Part shown: positions 28,215-41,223 of the stretch, piece after piece
Position numbering within the stretch: position 1 is the first letter of the stretch
How the letters are laid out: every line of letters starts with the position of its first letter
Assembly: GCF_001194135.2 (NCBI RefSeq)
Contig: NC_068990.1
Location: 72,737,465 to 72,801,464, forward strand
DNA length: 64,000 nucleotides
From: Octopus bimaculoides
Lineage: Eukaryota
Reading direction: 5' to 3'
Made by a program: the position numbers and the translations under genes
Notes under the pieces: model-generated
What the model saw: the letters and a program-made list of their open reading frames with translations, nothing else
Told to the model about the DNA's origin: nothing
The model's database searches: none

Positions 28215-28612
28215 GTAATAATAATAATAAAAATAATCGTTTCTAATTTAAGCACAAGGTCAGCAATTTTTGGAAGGTGGGGTTAGTCAATGCCAGTACT
28301 TGACTGGTACTTTATTTTACCAATGCCAAAATGAAGGAAGGCAAAGATGGCTTTGGCAGAAATTGAAATCAGAATACGAAGTGGCTTTTTTTGCAACACT
28401 CCAATTCTACTAGACTACTGCTTCAAATAATATTCCTTTCTACTAAAGGCCTGAAAATTTTTTGGGGGGGACTAGTCAATTACATCAACCCTAGTGTTTC
28501 ACTGATACTTACTTTATCAACCCCAAAAGGACGAAAAGCAAAGTCGACCTCAGCAGAATTTGAATTCAGAACATAAAGACAGATATGCTATTGATGCAGC
28601 CAGCTTGCCGTC

Positions 28613-28659
<47 letters not shown>

Positions 28660-30192
28660 CTTTTTTACAGGAAGCACAAGGCCTCAAATTTGAAGGAAGG
28701 GATTAAGTCGATTACACTGACCCCAGTGTGTAAGCTGTGTTTATTTAATCGATCCCAAAAGGATGAAAAGCAAAGTTGATACAATTCTATATCTGACCTC
28801 GGCAGAATTTGAATTCAGAACATAAAGATGGGCAAGCTAACAATTCAGTCAGCTTGCCGTCTTAATAATAATAATGGTTTCCGATTGAAGCACAAAGCCA
28901 GTAGTATCAGGGGCAAGAGGAGTAATTGATGGCACTGATCCCAAAATTTAACTGAAACTTTAATTTATCAATTTCAAATGGATGAAAGGTAAACTTGAAG
29001 GGATTTGAACTTAGAATGTAAAGAGTTGCAACAAATCCTGCAAAGCACTTTTACCAAGTTCACTGCTATAGCAATAATAATAATTCTTTCTACTCAAGGC
29101 ACAAGGCCTGAAATTTCGTGGGGGAAGGGTCTAGTTAATTATATCAACTCCAGTGCTCAACTGGTACTTATCGACCCAGAAAAGGTTACAGGTAAAATTG
29201 AAAGCAATGTAATTTGAACTCGGAATGCAAAGCAAGAAGTAATGTCACTGAGCATTTTGCCCAACATGCTAACGATTCTGCCAGTTGCCTTAATCAATCA
29301 TAATAATGATAATTCTTCCTAATTTCAGTACACAGCCAGTAATGTTGAAGGAAGGGATCGAGTTGATTACATCAACCCGAGTACTTAAGCCTGAAAGAAT
29401 GAACTCAGAACATAAAGGGTCGAAACAGATGCTGCTAAGCATTTTGTCAGACAGGCTAACAATTCTGCCTTTATAATAGATAATTCTTTCGAATTTCGGT
29501 ACAAGACAGCAATTTTAAAGAAGTGGAGAATTAGTTGATTAAATCAACTCCAGTATGTGGCTGGTACTAATCTTATCGAAAGTGAAAAACGAAAGGCAAA
29601 GTCGACCTTAGTAAGATTTGAACTCTGAATGTAAAGAGCCAGAAAAGAAATCCCACAAACAATTCTGCCAGGCCACCACCTTAATAATGATAACAATAAC
29701 ATTTTCAAATTTTGGCACAAGGCCAGTAATTTTGGGGAGGGGATTAGTAGATTACATCAACCCCAATGTTCAACTGGTACTTATTTCATCGAGCCCAAAA
29801 TGATGAAAGGCAAAGTTGACCTCAACAGAATTTGAACTCAGAACGCAAAGCCAGATGAAATGCCACTAAGCATTTTGCCTCGTGTGTTACCAATTCTGCC
29901 AGCTTTCTGCCTTAACAATAATAATGATAATAATTAAATAATAATAACCTTTCCTACTATAGGCAAAAGACCTGAAGTTTGTGAGGAGGAAGTAAGTCAA
30001 TCACATGGACCCCAGTACTTGACTGGTACTTAATTTATCAACCCAAGAAGGATGAAAAGCTAAGTCAACCTTAGCGGAATTTGAACTCGGACTATAAAGA
30101 AGGGCAAAATACTAAGCATTTTGCCTGGCGTGCTAACAATTCTGCCATCTCACCACCTTTATGATAATAATAATAATAATAATATTAATAAT
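28215..30192 (-). mobile_element. Head-to-tail array of ~9 SINE-B copies separated by (AAT)n
   Basis: Recurring gcacaagg...ggtactt...aaaggcaaagt(c/t)gacct...gaatttgaactcagaa...ttctgccag units about every 200 bp, all in one orientation. Confidence 0.9.
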
Positions 30193-33100
30193 TGCTTCTA
30201 ATTTAATAGCAACATCCCTACAATTCAACAAACTTCTAAGGAAATAAGCCCTCACAATGAGCATATCTCATAATAATGAGGATTTCTTTAAACATTTATA
30301 AAATTTTAATTTCGTAGAAAAAGGTGAATGGGAGAGTGTGATATTTATACCTCACCCAACATTATTAGAAACATATATAAATTAAAACAAAACTGATTTA
30401 AAACCAAACTTAACTGCATACTTATTTTTTGAAAAAGTACAAATAAGATTTGTTGCAAAACAATAGAAGTTAGCAACATTAGGTTCTGGTGGAATTCTTT
30501 ATAATTCCCATTTTAAAGTTAGCATAAAATTTATAGGAACACGAGAGAGTCAAATGAAATGCTTAAGATAATGTAGCAAACAGGAATCTTTGTATCGAAT
30601 ATAGATATTTTATGGATAAAATAAAAAGTGGAGAATATAGACGAAGCGAGAAATATTCAATTAGTTGAGAAGGAAAAACAAATAACCTTGTGTTAAATGT
30701 TAATGCATAAATGTACAGATTTATTTAAACTGTTTTAGACTTTAAAAAAAGAAGAAAACAATTCCTATTAATACTGGGAACAGAAAGTCTCAGCATACAA
30801 CACTTGTTGCTTTTGTTAAAACACAGTATTACACATATTCTTGCAAAACCTCTTAAGCTAACTTGAAAACATAAGGGAATGTTAAGAGCCAACATTTTCT
30901 CTCATTTTCTTCTTTCTTTTTATCGTTTCTTTTTTTCCCTTTTTTTTCTTTTTTTTTTCTTCTTTCCATGAGTAGAAAATGAAACCAACGTTCTCCAGAA
31001 ACACATATTTATATTTAAGTGGAACATTTCAAAATTTTCTTATCTCTCAAGTATGACCTAGAGCAATTTTTTCAAGTAAGTGATAGAGATGAGTAAGAAC
31101 AACTACTGAGGAAACAATGCTTCTCGATTAAAATTTTCAAATGGAAAGTATAAAATTAAGAAGTAAATAAAGTTAACATTTGAAATATGAGTTCAAAGGA
31201 AAGTAATAAAAAGAACTTTCAGAAAAAAAAATAATAATTAACAAAAGCTTGAGATCTAAAACACAGAACTTAAAAAAAAATGTTTTATGAAAAAAATTAA
31301 TTTTAATTTTATAATTTTTTTACTACAATAAAATTGTTTTTCAAGGAATAGGGGGGAAGTGCTCTTAGTTAACATAAAGTTATTATTAATATTAACATTT
31401 ATTATAATTTTTTTATGAGAATTGAATGTGTTGTAACTGTTTAAATAAATCTACTTTGAAAAAAAGTATGAGTTTGACACTAATTTCACTCCTTTGTGGT
31501 TTTACTAACTGATCCTAACAGATTACATCTCGTTGAAATGATGGAAACTGGAAAGATTCACAGTTTCATATGCTACTAATACAGAATATCCAATTCCAGA
31601 AATATTTCTGAACATTTCTTTAACTTTTCCAAAAATATTTAGGGAAATACTTGAACCAATACTAAAGTGAAAGTAAATGCACTTTCCTGTACTCGTTGTT
31701 CAATGTATAGGCAATATTTAATTCAGGTTTGAAGTATTTTTCTTTTCAATTTTATTTCAACCCTCGTTTCGAAGTTGAAAAATAGAAAAATTGTTAATAT
31801 ATATATATAAAAAAAATGTTCATGGTGTAACTTACTCACTTGGCTTTTGCTTTTATTGTTATAGAAAAACAGTGCTTACCTAGAAATACAAGAAAAGGTA
31901 TATATCAATGAGAATTCAGAAACAATTTAATACAGAACTATAAAAGTTATGCATAAGTTGCAAAAACAATAATCACAATAAAGAGCTTATGTTTAAGTAG
32001 TTAGTACTATTTCAAAGATTCAGAAACATTCTACCAACATGTATCACTACTTTAGTCTAAGCAATATAAAACATGGGACATATCCAAAATTGAATTACTT
32101 AAAAAGAATTTACAGAAAGGAAAAATAAAACATCTAATGTCTAATGAAACACAAAGAAAGCCCTATAAATGCAGTGTTTGAAAGAAATCGGAGAAAGATA
32201 AGAATGTCACTGAATTTCACCTGAAGTCATTCATTTCAAAAATTCATTTGATTCTACATAATGACATGTATCTCCGGTTTTAGATTATCACCTTGATAAG
32301 CAGTCAATCAACTGTATTTTATCTCTTAGTTACATAGACATAGGTAGTGGTGCGTAGAATTGATAGCTTCTATTGAAGTTAAAAACATGTGGCTTTTAGT
32401 ATTGGCGTCTCCCATTAAACATTTTCAATATTGTTTCATTTAAGTCACAACTCTGGAAGAATAAGCCTGAACTAAAGAAATTATTATTGAAGTCATTAAA
32501 CTGATATTTTTAGTTCAAGTTAATTTAATACCAATTTAAAAAATAGTTACAGCAAATTAAATTTATGGAAAAAAATAGAATTTATGTCCATAGATACTTT
32601 TGCAAAGGTTTTAAAACAGTTTATGTTTAATTTCTTGAAGATGTAGCAAACAAATAAATAGTTTGAAGCTTAAAAGACCTGCAGTTACATGGTTATATTA
32701 TAAAAGTTTGCTAATTAGTTGAAAGATAAAAAAAAAAAGTATGTAATTCCAGAAGTATTTAAAAATAAAAAAAAAATTTAATATCAAGGAATTAAAAAAT
32801 TTATTTCATAAAACATGCAAAATTATTAAAGTTGCTGCAATTAATTTATATTATTTTTAATCAAATATCATAGAATTATAAATGAAACTGGATCCCATGC
32901 ACAGATATTTCTATGAATATTTTTTCCATTTGATCAAGTTAAAAGATTTATTATTTTTTCCTTTACAATTTTTTTTTTGTTTGGCAATTTTAGTTTTGAG
33001 TAACATGAATGAATAGAAGTTAAAATGAAGTACATGAAGCACACATGTTTGTATTCTTTTTTTTTTTTTGTTATCTAGTAACTTTGTACAACGAATACTA

Positions 33101-34079
33101 AATTATTCCATTGCAAAACTCCTTAACTTATATAAATGACTATAAGATTTGAAGAAAAGAATGCAAAGTTGGAAATCAACGTAACAACGCTACTAGAAAT
33201 GATTATTAAAAATGTCTATAATATTGTCATTTGTCTAATCAAATAAGTGTTTTAAAGTAGAAATGTGTGGATGATAACATTTCAAAGAAAAAAAAAGACT
33301 ATTGAAAACAGTTCAAAGAAACACCAAGTAGTAGTTTCCAATTAATGACTAAAGTCTTTTACATGTTTGGATATATTTCTTTTACCTTAGTGGGGGGGGG
33401 GGNNNNNNNNNNNNNNNNNNNNNNNNNNNNNNNNNNNNNNNNNNNNNNNNNNNNNNNNNNNNNNNNNNNNNNNNNNNNNNNNNNNNNNNNNNNNNNNNNN
33501 NNNNNNNNNNNNNNNNNNNNNNNNNNNNNNNNNNNNNNNNNNNNNNNNNNNNNNNNNNNNNNNNNNNNNNNNNNNNNNNNNNNNNNNNNNNNNNNNNNNN
33601 NNNNNNNNNNNNNNNNNNNNNNNNNNNNNNNNNNNNNNNNNNNNNNNNNNNNNNNNNNNNNNNNNNNNNNNNNNNNNNNNNNNNNNNNNNNNNNNNNNNN
33701 NNNNNNNNNNNNNNNNNNNNNNNNNNNNNNNNNNNNNNNNNNNNNNNNNNNNNNNNNNNNNNNNNNNNNNNNNNNNNNNNNNNNNNNNNNNNNNNNNNNN
33801 NNNNNNNNNNNNNNNNNNNNNNNNNNNNNNNNNNNNNNNNNNNNNNNNNNNNNNNNNNNNNNNNNNNNNNNNNNNNNNNNNNNNNNNNNNNNNNNNNNNN
33901 NNNNNNNNNNNNNNNNNNNNNNNNNNNNNNNNNNNNNNNNNNNNNNNNNNNNNNNNNNNNNNNNNNNNNNNNNNNNNNNNNNNNNNNNNNNNNNNNNNNN
34001 NNNNNNNNNNNNNNNNNNNNNNNNNNNNNNNNNNNNNNNNNNNNNNNNNNNNNNNNNNNNNNNNNNNNNNNATATATAT

Positions 34080-35323
34080 GCACGCGCGCGTGTGTGTATG
34101 TCCATGAATTTTTCTGTTTTTATTAATGATGGAATGTCCAACAGTGACGAATACGACGTAAAACGAAGAAAACAAGGTTAGATCCCAAGTTGAACATGTG
34201 TAGCTTACTTTGTAATAAAAAATGAAAGTGAACGCCTAACTGAAGGAAGGAACAACGAGAACAAAATGAAGAGGAAAAAAAACGTATTAAATAAATGCGC
34301 AGAAAGGAAGAAAAAAGAAAGAAAGCAAACTTATTAATGACAGTTCAATAACTGCCACTGCTCTGTCGATGAGGAGAAAGAAGAAATAAAATAACACGAA
34401 CACCACCCACCGATAGAAATTACCTGTGTATATAAAGGTAACTAAGAATAGATATATGTGAACCTATCAAAGTGAAAAATAATAAGACGTAGAATGCTGA
34501 AACGCTAGTGAAAAAATATAAATCAATATGTACAGCAGAATGTCTATATGGAAGATAGATATATGCTATAAAAAAAATCTCTCCAGCAAGTTTTATTGAA
34601 GTGTAATAATAATAATTCTGTATGATTTATGCTCACAAGCTTCCATGTCGACCTGCCTTTTAAGTAAGGGAGATAACCCTCCGATAACGACGACAGCCGT
34701 CAGCACAATTACACGATCCGCTAAAATTATATTACATACATTCAAAGCATTCACTATTTAATTCATAGATGATTATTTCGGGTATAATATCTTGACATTT
34801 GCTTCTTTTATCTGTCGAACGAAGCTGGTACTATAAAATCTTAAAATGCCCGACGACGATAGCTAAGATAGTACTTAAAATAAATAAATAAATAAATAAA
34901 GCAAATTGGATTCTTTTATTCAGATCTAATATGATATAGAAACGTAACTGACATTAGTTTGATTAAACACATACATACATACATACATACATCAAACATT
35001 TATATCTGATCGGAGGTAATGAGATAGATAGATAGATAGATAGATAGATATTACAATGTTCATACTAAGTTGGAAATAAAGCAGTGTAAAAACACTTTTC
35101 TTTTTCTTTTCATCACTTGAAACAGACCATCAATAATCCTAAAAAAAATTATAATGCCGTAAAATCGAATATCTATATATGATAGCGAAAATGAGTGTAT
35201 GCATCATACATGTATTTTGTATAAATCTTACAACCGTGGCGTCTATGAAATATGAACGATGTTCAGAGAACCAGACGCCGTATGAATGAAAGACCGTATT
35301 AGCTGGCAATCCCGTGAGTATAT

Positions 35324-35363
<40 letters not shown>

Positions 35364-36130
35364 TGCACGCGTACATTATAGGGATTCTGTGAATGTATGT
35401 GTGTGTGTGTTTGATCGTAACAAGGGAGTTTCCTCGAAAACTTACCTCACTCGGCACCGTGGTCAACATCTGGAACTAAGAGGCACCATCACCTGCCTAC
35501 CTGCCGGTCACCAGGCACAGAATGATTTCAAATACACTCTTCAGACATGGCTAGAGATAGCAGGGGTGGAGTACGGTGTTACAGTCCTAGTGAATACTAA
35601 CAACAACAGCAGCAGCAGCAGCAGGTGAACCAAAGATGAGTCCAACAACACTAAGTGGAGCCAATAAGCTCTTCCCATGACTCCCTATTTGGAGGGAGGG
35701 AAATATCTGGGAGTGTGAGAAGTAGTAGAAGTCTGGTGGTGCGCACAAAAACAGTAGGAAAAGATTGCGGACCGAGTTACATACAAATAATATAATATAA
35801 TATGGAGAAACCGGTCTGACAATAGACGGTTGTAACAGCAGTAAGATTAGTTGCTGAAAATAGTTGTCGTTTTTAGATTGGATAGAATCTGACAGTCGTA
35901 ATAAGAAGAAACACCTCACTGCTAACCGACTACATTACATGGGAATATCTATGAAGGAACAAGCTACATCGTTTTAGTGGCTGGCCAACTGTTGTTACCA
36001 CTAGAGAGGAGAGACCAGCCTATGTGTGCGCTATTAAATAATACAGGAAGGGGGAGCGGAAAATCCTGCGGAGGAGAGAAATAAGGAGGTGGAGAAGGAG
36101 GAGCGACGAAGGACAGCAGACGCAAAAGAT
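34080..36130. promoter_or_regulatory. CpG-retaining, SINE-free domain; probable promoter or gene 5' region
   Basis: CG dinucleotides visibly more frequent than in the flanks (e.g. gacgaatacgacg, ccgataacgacgacagccg, gcgacgaagg); contains strong splice donors; judged by eye, not computed. Confidence 0.55.
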
Positions 36131-36180
36131 GCCAGTAGGTACCTCCCTCAATTCATACCATAATACATTTGCAAAGTCCA
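35446..36180 (-). other. Candidate 5' (mostly untranslated) exon of an unidentified minus-strand gene
   Basis: Perfect donor GAG|GTAAGT at 35446/35445; possible acceptors T13CAG at 36181 or a pyrimidine tract ending ctcctccgcag near 36066; only short ORFs inside. Confidence 0.45.
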
Positions 36181-39100
36181 CTGAAAAAAAAAAAACCACC
36201 TTCTTTATTTTACACCAGCAACAGCCAAGCTAACTTGGATGACTAACAGATATGCACAACAACAATTGCAACAGCAACAAGAAACAACAACAAATAAGCC
36301 AAAAAAAAAAAAAGAAAGAAAGAAAAACGGTACAGTAACAGAGGAATATCTGTTTGACAAGCAGCTGAAAACTAATGATATCTTTCATTAAAAGCAATTG
36401 AAAAAAAAGTAATTTTTTTTTTTTTTTTTTAGTTCAGAAAAACTATCTCCTTATGTTGGGTATCTGGGGAAATATGCTTACAATGAAAGGATGTGGTTGC
36501 AAGGCCAAACTTTACAACTTTAAGAGAGAGGAAAAAAACAAAAAAAGGAAAGAAAAAAACAAGGATTTACAGTAAATTTTGTTTGTTTTATTTCATTGAA
36601 GATGGCTATATTTTCTTATCTAAATCTTATTACTATAATTTTTGTAAAATGGTGGAGTAAACTAATAGAAAGGTTGTAAGTGGATATAATACCAGATATT
36701 TTCTTTTTTTTTTTTTCTTTCTTTTCTCAAATGGATTTTATATTTATATTTATTGATGCTCCGCAATCTATGTAAGATAACATACTGGAAGAAATACGAT
36801 GAATTCCTATGTTCACAGTCAATATTGCATAGATTTCACTAAGAGAACACAGGTAAGAACAAGAAAATAAAAGAAGAAAAATATCGAAGTTTAAATTCTT
36901 TTCGCTCATTTTTTCTATTTCATTGTATAAGATACTATGTAGTTTAATGGAATATATTTTTGTTGTCTGTCGGTAGAGAATGTATGCCGTGCCACTGCTC
37001 TTGTCTATGCAGCAAATGTGCAGTCATGATGATAGCATTGATTGCAGATCAGCAATCGACTTGAATAACAGCAGACAGAAAATATAGATTATAAGTGAAT
37101 ACAATGGTCTGCATTAAGCATACTGCTGCTACTATTCTCATGCAGATTTAAATTTTCAAAAAACAGAAAGTAACATTTCTAGGTATAGCACAATTTTGTG
37201 TGTGTGTCTGTGTACTCGCATGTGAGTATTTTTCCTGGATACTGTTTTTGTTAACTTGTATAAAACAAAGCATTAGACACAATTAAAACCCTTCAAACTG
37301 GTGTTCCAGTATAACCAGTCCCTATTTCAAAAGAATAAAAACAAAAAATAAACGAATTTTGATTTAAGCTGGTCGAGAATATTAGCTGAATTAAAAAAAA
37401 AAACAAACTTTATCTAAGGTATTTTCCAAATCTAACAAACTAAGATGCACACACTTCCTTTAACTAGATTCCCCTTCATTTCAATATCTAGTACTGTACC
37501 CCTTTTTTAGTTTTCAGAGTGCATAATTTGGTACACAACTGCCAGCCACACCAATCACATAAACTACTATTGCCACTAAACCAAACGAAACGTCTTATTG
37601 ATTTTTAAGGGGAAAAAAAATAGGTGAAGTTCCTTTCAGTTTATAAAGTTATGCTTAGGCTCGAAACCTTGACCCTACTTTCTAAAATCCAAGTTTTATG
37701 CATAAAAAGTAATAATGACCTTATGAATTTAAACTAAGTAGAATTGGAAATACTATCAAACTGATAAATCTGCAAATTCCATTGCACTACATATGCATAA
37801 AGTAATATCAACTACTATGAATTGTCGCATTACACTATGCTACATATGTCTTTGAAATTTATTTAGAAAGGAGATGGTAAAACTGAAGAAATGAGCAATG
37901 CTGGCTGGATTTGTAGGGCCAGGTCTGATTTTTGGGGGCAATATTCTTTAAGAAGGAAGGATAATAAAGAAAGTATACAGCTCCTCAACACTAACAAGGC
38001 TTTGAGATGTGACAAGATTATCAAATTTACAAATAACAGACTTGAAACATAGGCTAAAAACAAAAGAAAATTCCACTGAAAAGAAAACTGAGAGATTTCC
38101 TCAAACTAAGAAATTATTAGTGTGCGGATACGGATTCCTCAAAGAAGATATACAAGGTTAGAATGTTTAATTTACTTAGTAGCACACTCGCTAAGAATTA
38201 CTATCTTCTTTTTAAGAGTCCAGAAGTAGGAATAAAATATATCAGCAGACAGTGGTTATAATAATGCATGGGGGGCAGTGAAATTGAAAACAGCTTCAAT
38301 GTATATATTGATTAAATGCTATATCAATGACCTAATGTCATTGATATAGCATTTCATCAATAAATAATGTCAGGAAGTATTGATAATTAACATATTTTAC
38401 TAAAAAAATTTTATTAAAGATATAGTTTCATCTGAGCTTTTGTTTCATATTTTCCAAATTTCACTGACTACATACTTGTAATAATGAGCTTATTGTATAC
38501 AGAGCTCAGGTGCACTATACCACTGCATACTTGTAAAAAAAACAAAAAAACTGTGGAGCAACTTGCAAAATATATTAATTATATAGATATATCTGCATGT
38601 ACGTGACAGTTAATATTTTGACTTCCACATATGAACTATAGACAAGTGACCATAATTGATGATGACCGCTTAAATATGATTTTCATTCAATTTCTGATAC
38701 AAATGTAAGTCTTCATTCTATAGAGCAAAGTTGAACGCTGACACAACATAGAACCGTCATGGAACTGCTAGACCATTATTCTTATAGCATATAATCTATC
38801 ATTGAATATAATTATTGAATGGAAATTATTCAATAAAACCTGAATTATATACATGCTCAGCAAAAAAGAAAACTTTTCTTTGAGAGTCCCTAACAAATGC
38901 TGCTCTGCCCTGACCCACCCTGACCCCATACCTCCTCTGCAATTAACAGGGAAATTACAATTAAGAATCATTTCCATGCAACATTCAGCATATCACCTCT
39001 TAAACATACATGAAAAAAATGTTTACTACAAAACCTGTAAAGTCAATGCATAATACATAACCAGTAAAAGTCTATGCATTTAACTAAATGGAGTTTTAGT

Positions 39101-40329
39101 TAACTATCAAAGTGCATCCACAATTCACTTTACACTAAGGTGTTTTGTTCAACATATATTCAAAATATATGTAGAATAATTTTTTTTTTTCAATCATTTA
39201 AGTAGGGGAAATAACTCTCAATTGGCTTTATAATTTTTTTTTACTTGTGTGTGAAAAGACAGTTTCTTTCATATAACAAGGTGAAATGAATGAACAAAAG
39301 AAACCAGCATGGTGTGATATCATGTAAACTGAATGAGTGGGTACGATAATGAGAAACGGAGTTGTATTTAGATAAAACGCTATAAAGAACTTTGAGGAAC
39401 TGTAACGTTATCAGATATTCTAGCAGTTTTCCAATTAACTAAGAATGCTTTCTTTGTTTTAAGCAATAAATATTGAGGAGTATATATATATATTTTTTTT
39501 TCTGGACACAGTTAATAAACTTGGTCCATGGTGATGGTGACAAAATTTCTGCTTTCAAAAGTGATAATTTAATACGATTAAAGTATCTAGTTAGCTTCTC
39601 TATCCTATCCACAACTATTTGCCATAAATACCTGATTAAAAATATTGTAATAGTTTATATATATATATATACACACACACATATATATGAGTGTGTGTAT
39701 GTTGCATGAATTGAAGTCATCGATACAGAATATTTCAATCTATCTTGTCTTCAATAAATGCTGCATTAAACACTCAATCATATCACAACTGCTAGTAATG
39801 ATATAAGCAGGTAACAAAATTTCAAATATACTGCTAATTCACTGAAACAATAAGCAGTTGATAAGTAGTAAAATTTAGTATTACATGACACTGATTTCTC
39901 CTCACAGTATAAATCACGTTAAGAATAATGCATTAAAGAAGTAGTAATAAATCAGCATAAATCTGCAATAAGGGGGACGAATTGTAATGATTCCCACCCA
40001 TGTAAGTGGAGTACACCTATAATCTCTCAGCAAGCTTCGAATACAAATCAATCTCCCCGTCTTCTTTCTGGTATACCCAACTCAGTAGGATGATTCTGTG
40101 GTACTTTTAGCTCCACCCTAAATAACAGACACCCATATTTCAGCAACAGTCGCATTTCAAACTACAGCAAGTTCTGAAAATATTCTCCCATATTTGAAAA
40201 GATAGCAAACAGATATTTCAAACTGAAACCATTTAATAAAACCACTTAAACAAGTAAATAAATAAATAATAATAATAATAACGATAAAATTGTTTCTAAC
40301 ATTTTATTTTTTTTTAGAATAATTGTTTA

Positions 40330-41161
40330 ATATCAATTTCTAATATAGACACAAGGCCTGAAATTTTGAGGAGGGGGTTAGTTGATTAAATCAACCACAG
40401 TAATTAACATGTAATTTATTATATCAGCTCCAGAAGGATGAAAAGCAAAGCTTATCATGACAGAACTCGAACTCAGAACATAATGAACCAGAACAAATAT
40501 CACAAGGCATTTTGTCTGACACTCTAACGATTCAGCCAATCTTCCGCTTTAATAATAATAGCAATAACGCTTTCTACTTTAGGCATAAGGCCAGCAATTT
40601 TCAGGGGAGGGAGAGTACTCTATATTACTGACCCCAGTACTTTGAACCGCTGAAAGGATGAAAGACAAAGTTGACCTTGGAGGGATCTGAATGTAGAATG
40701 TAAAAGAAAAACAGAACAAATACCGCAGGGCATTTTTCCCAACACTCTAAAAACCACAATGCATTGTCTTCAGTACTCAAAAGATGCCAATCTACAATCC
40801 ATAATAATAAGAATAATAATGATAACCTTACATATAGAAAGCTTGTGACTTTCTGAGGTTACAAGTAGTAAACCATTACCACCATAAATTCTCCCAGGAA
40901 TAAGACCAAACCTGATCTTTGTTTCTATAATAATAATAATAATCCTTTCTACTAAAGGCACAAGGCCTGAAATTTTGCAGGAGGGGACTAGTTAATTACA
41001 TCAATCCCACTGTTTCACTGGTACTTAGTTTATCAACCCTAAAAGGATGAAAGGCAAAGTCAACCTCAGCAGAATTTGAACTCAGAACATAAAGACGGAC
41101 AAAATGCCATTAAGCATTTTGCTCGGCCCAGTAATGATTCTGCCAGCTTGCCACCAACACC

Positions 41162-41223
<62 letters not shown>

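Noticed and set aside
28215-30192. Repeat-spacer look resembling a CRISPR array
   Set aside because: Units are ~200-bp diverged SINEs with microsatellite linkers in a eukaryotic genome; no short identical repeats and no cas genes
33392-33402. G11 run (possible G-quadruplex)
   Set aside because: Truncated by an N-gap, so true length and context are unknown; may be a sequencing artefact
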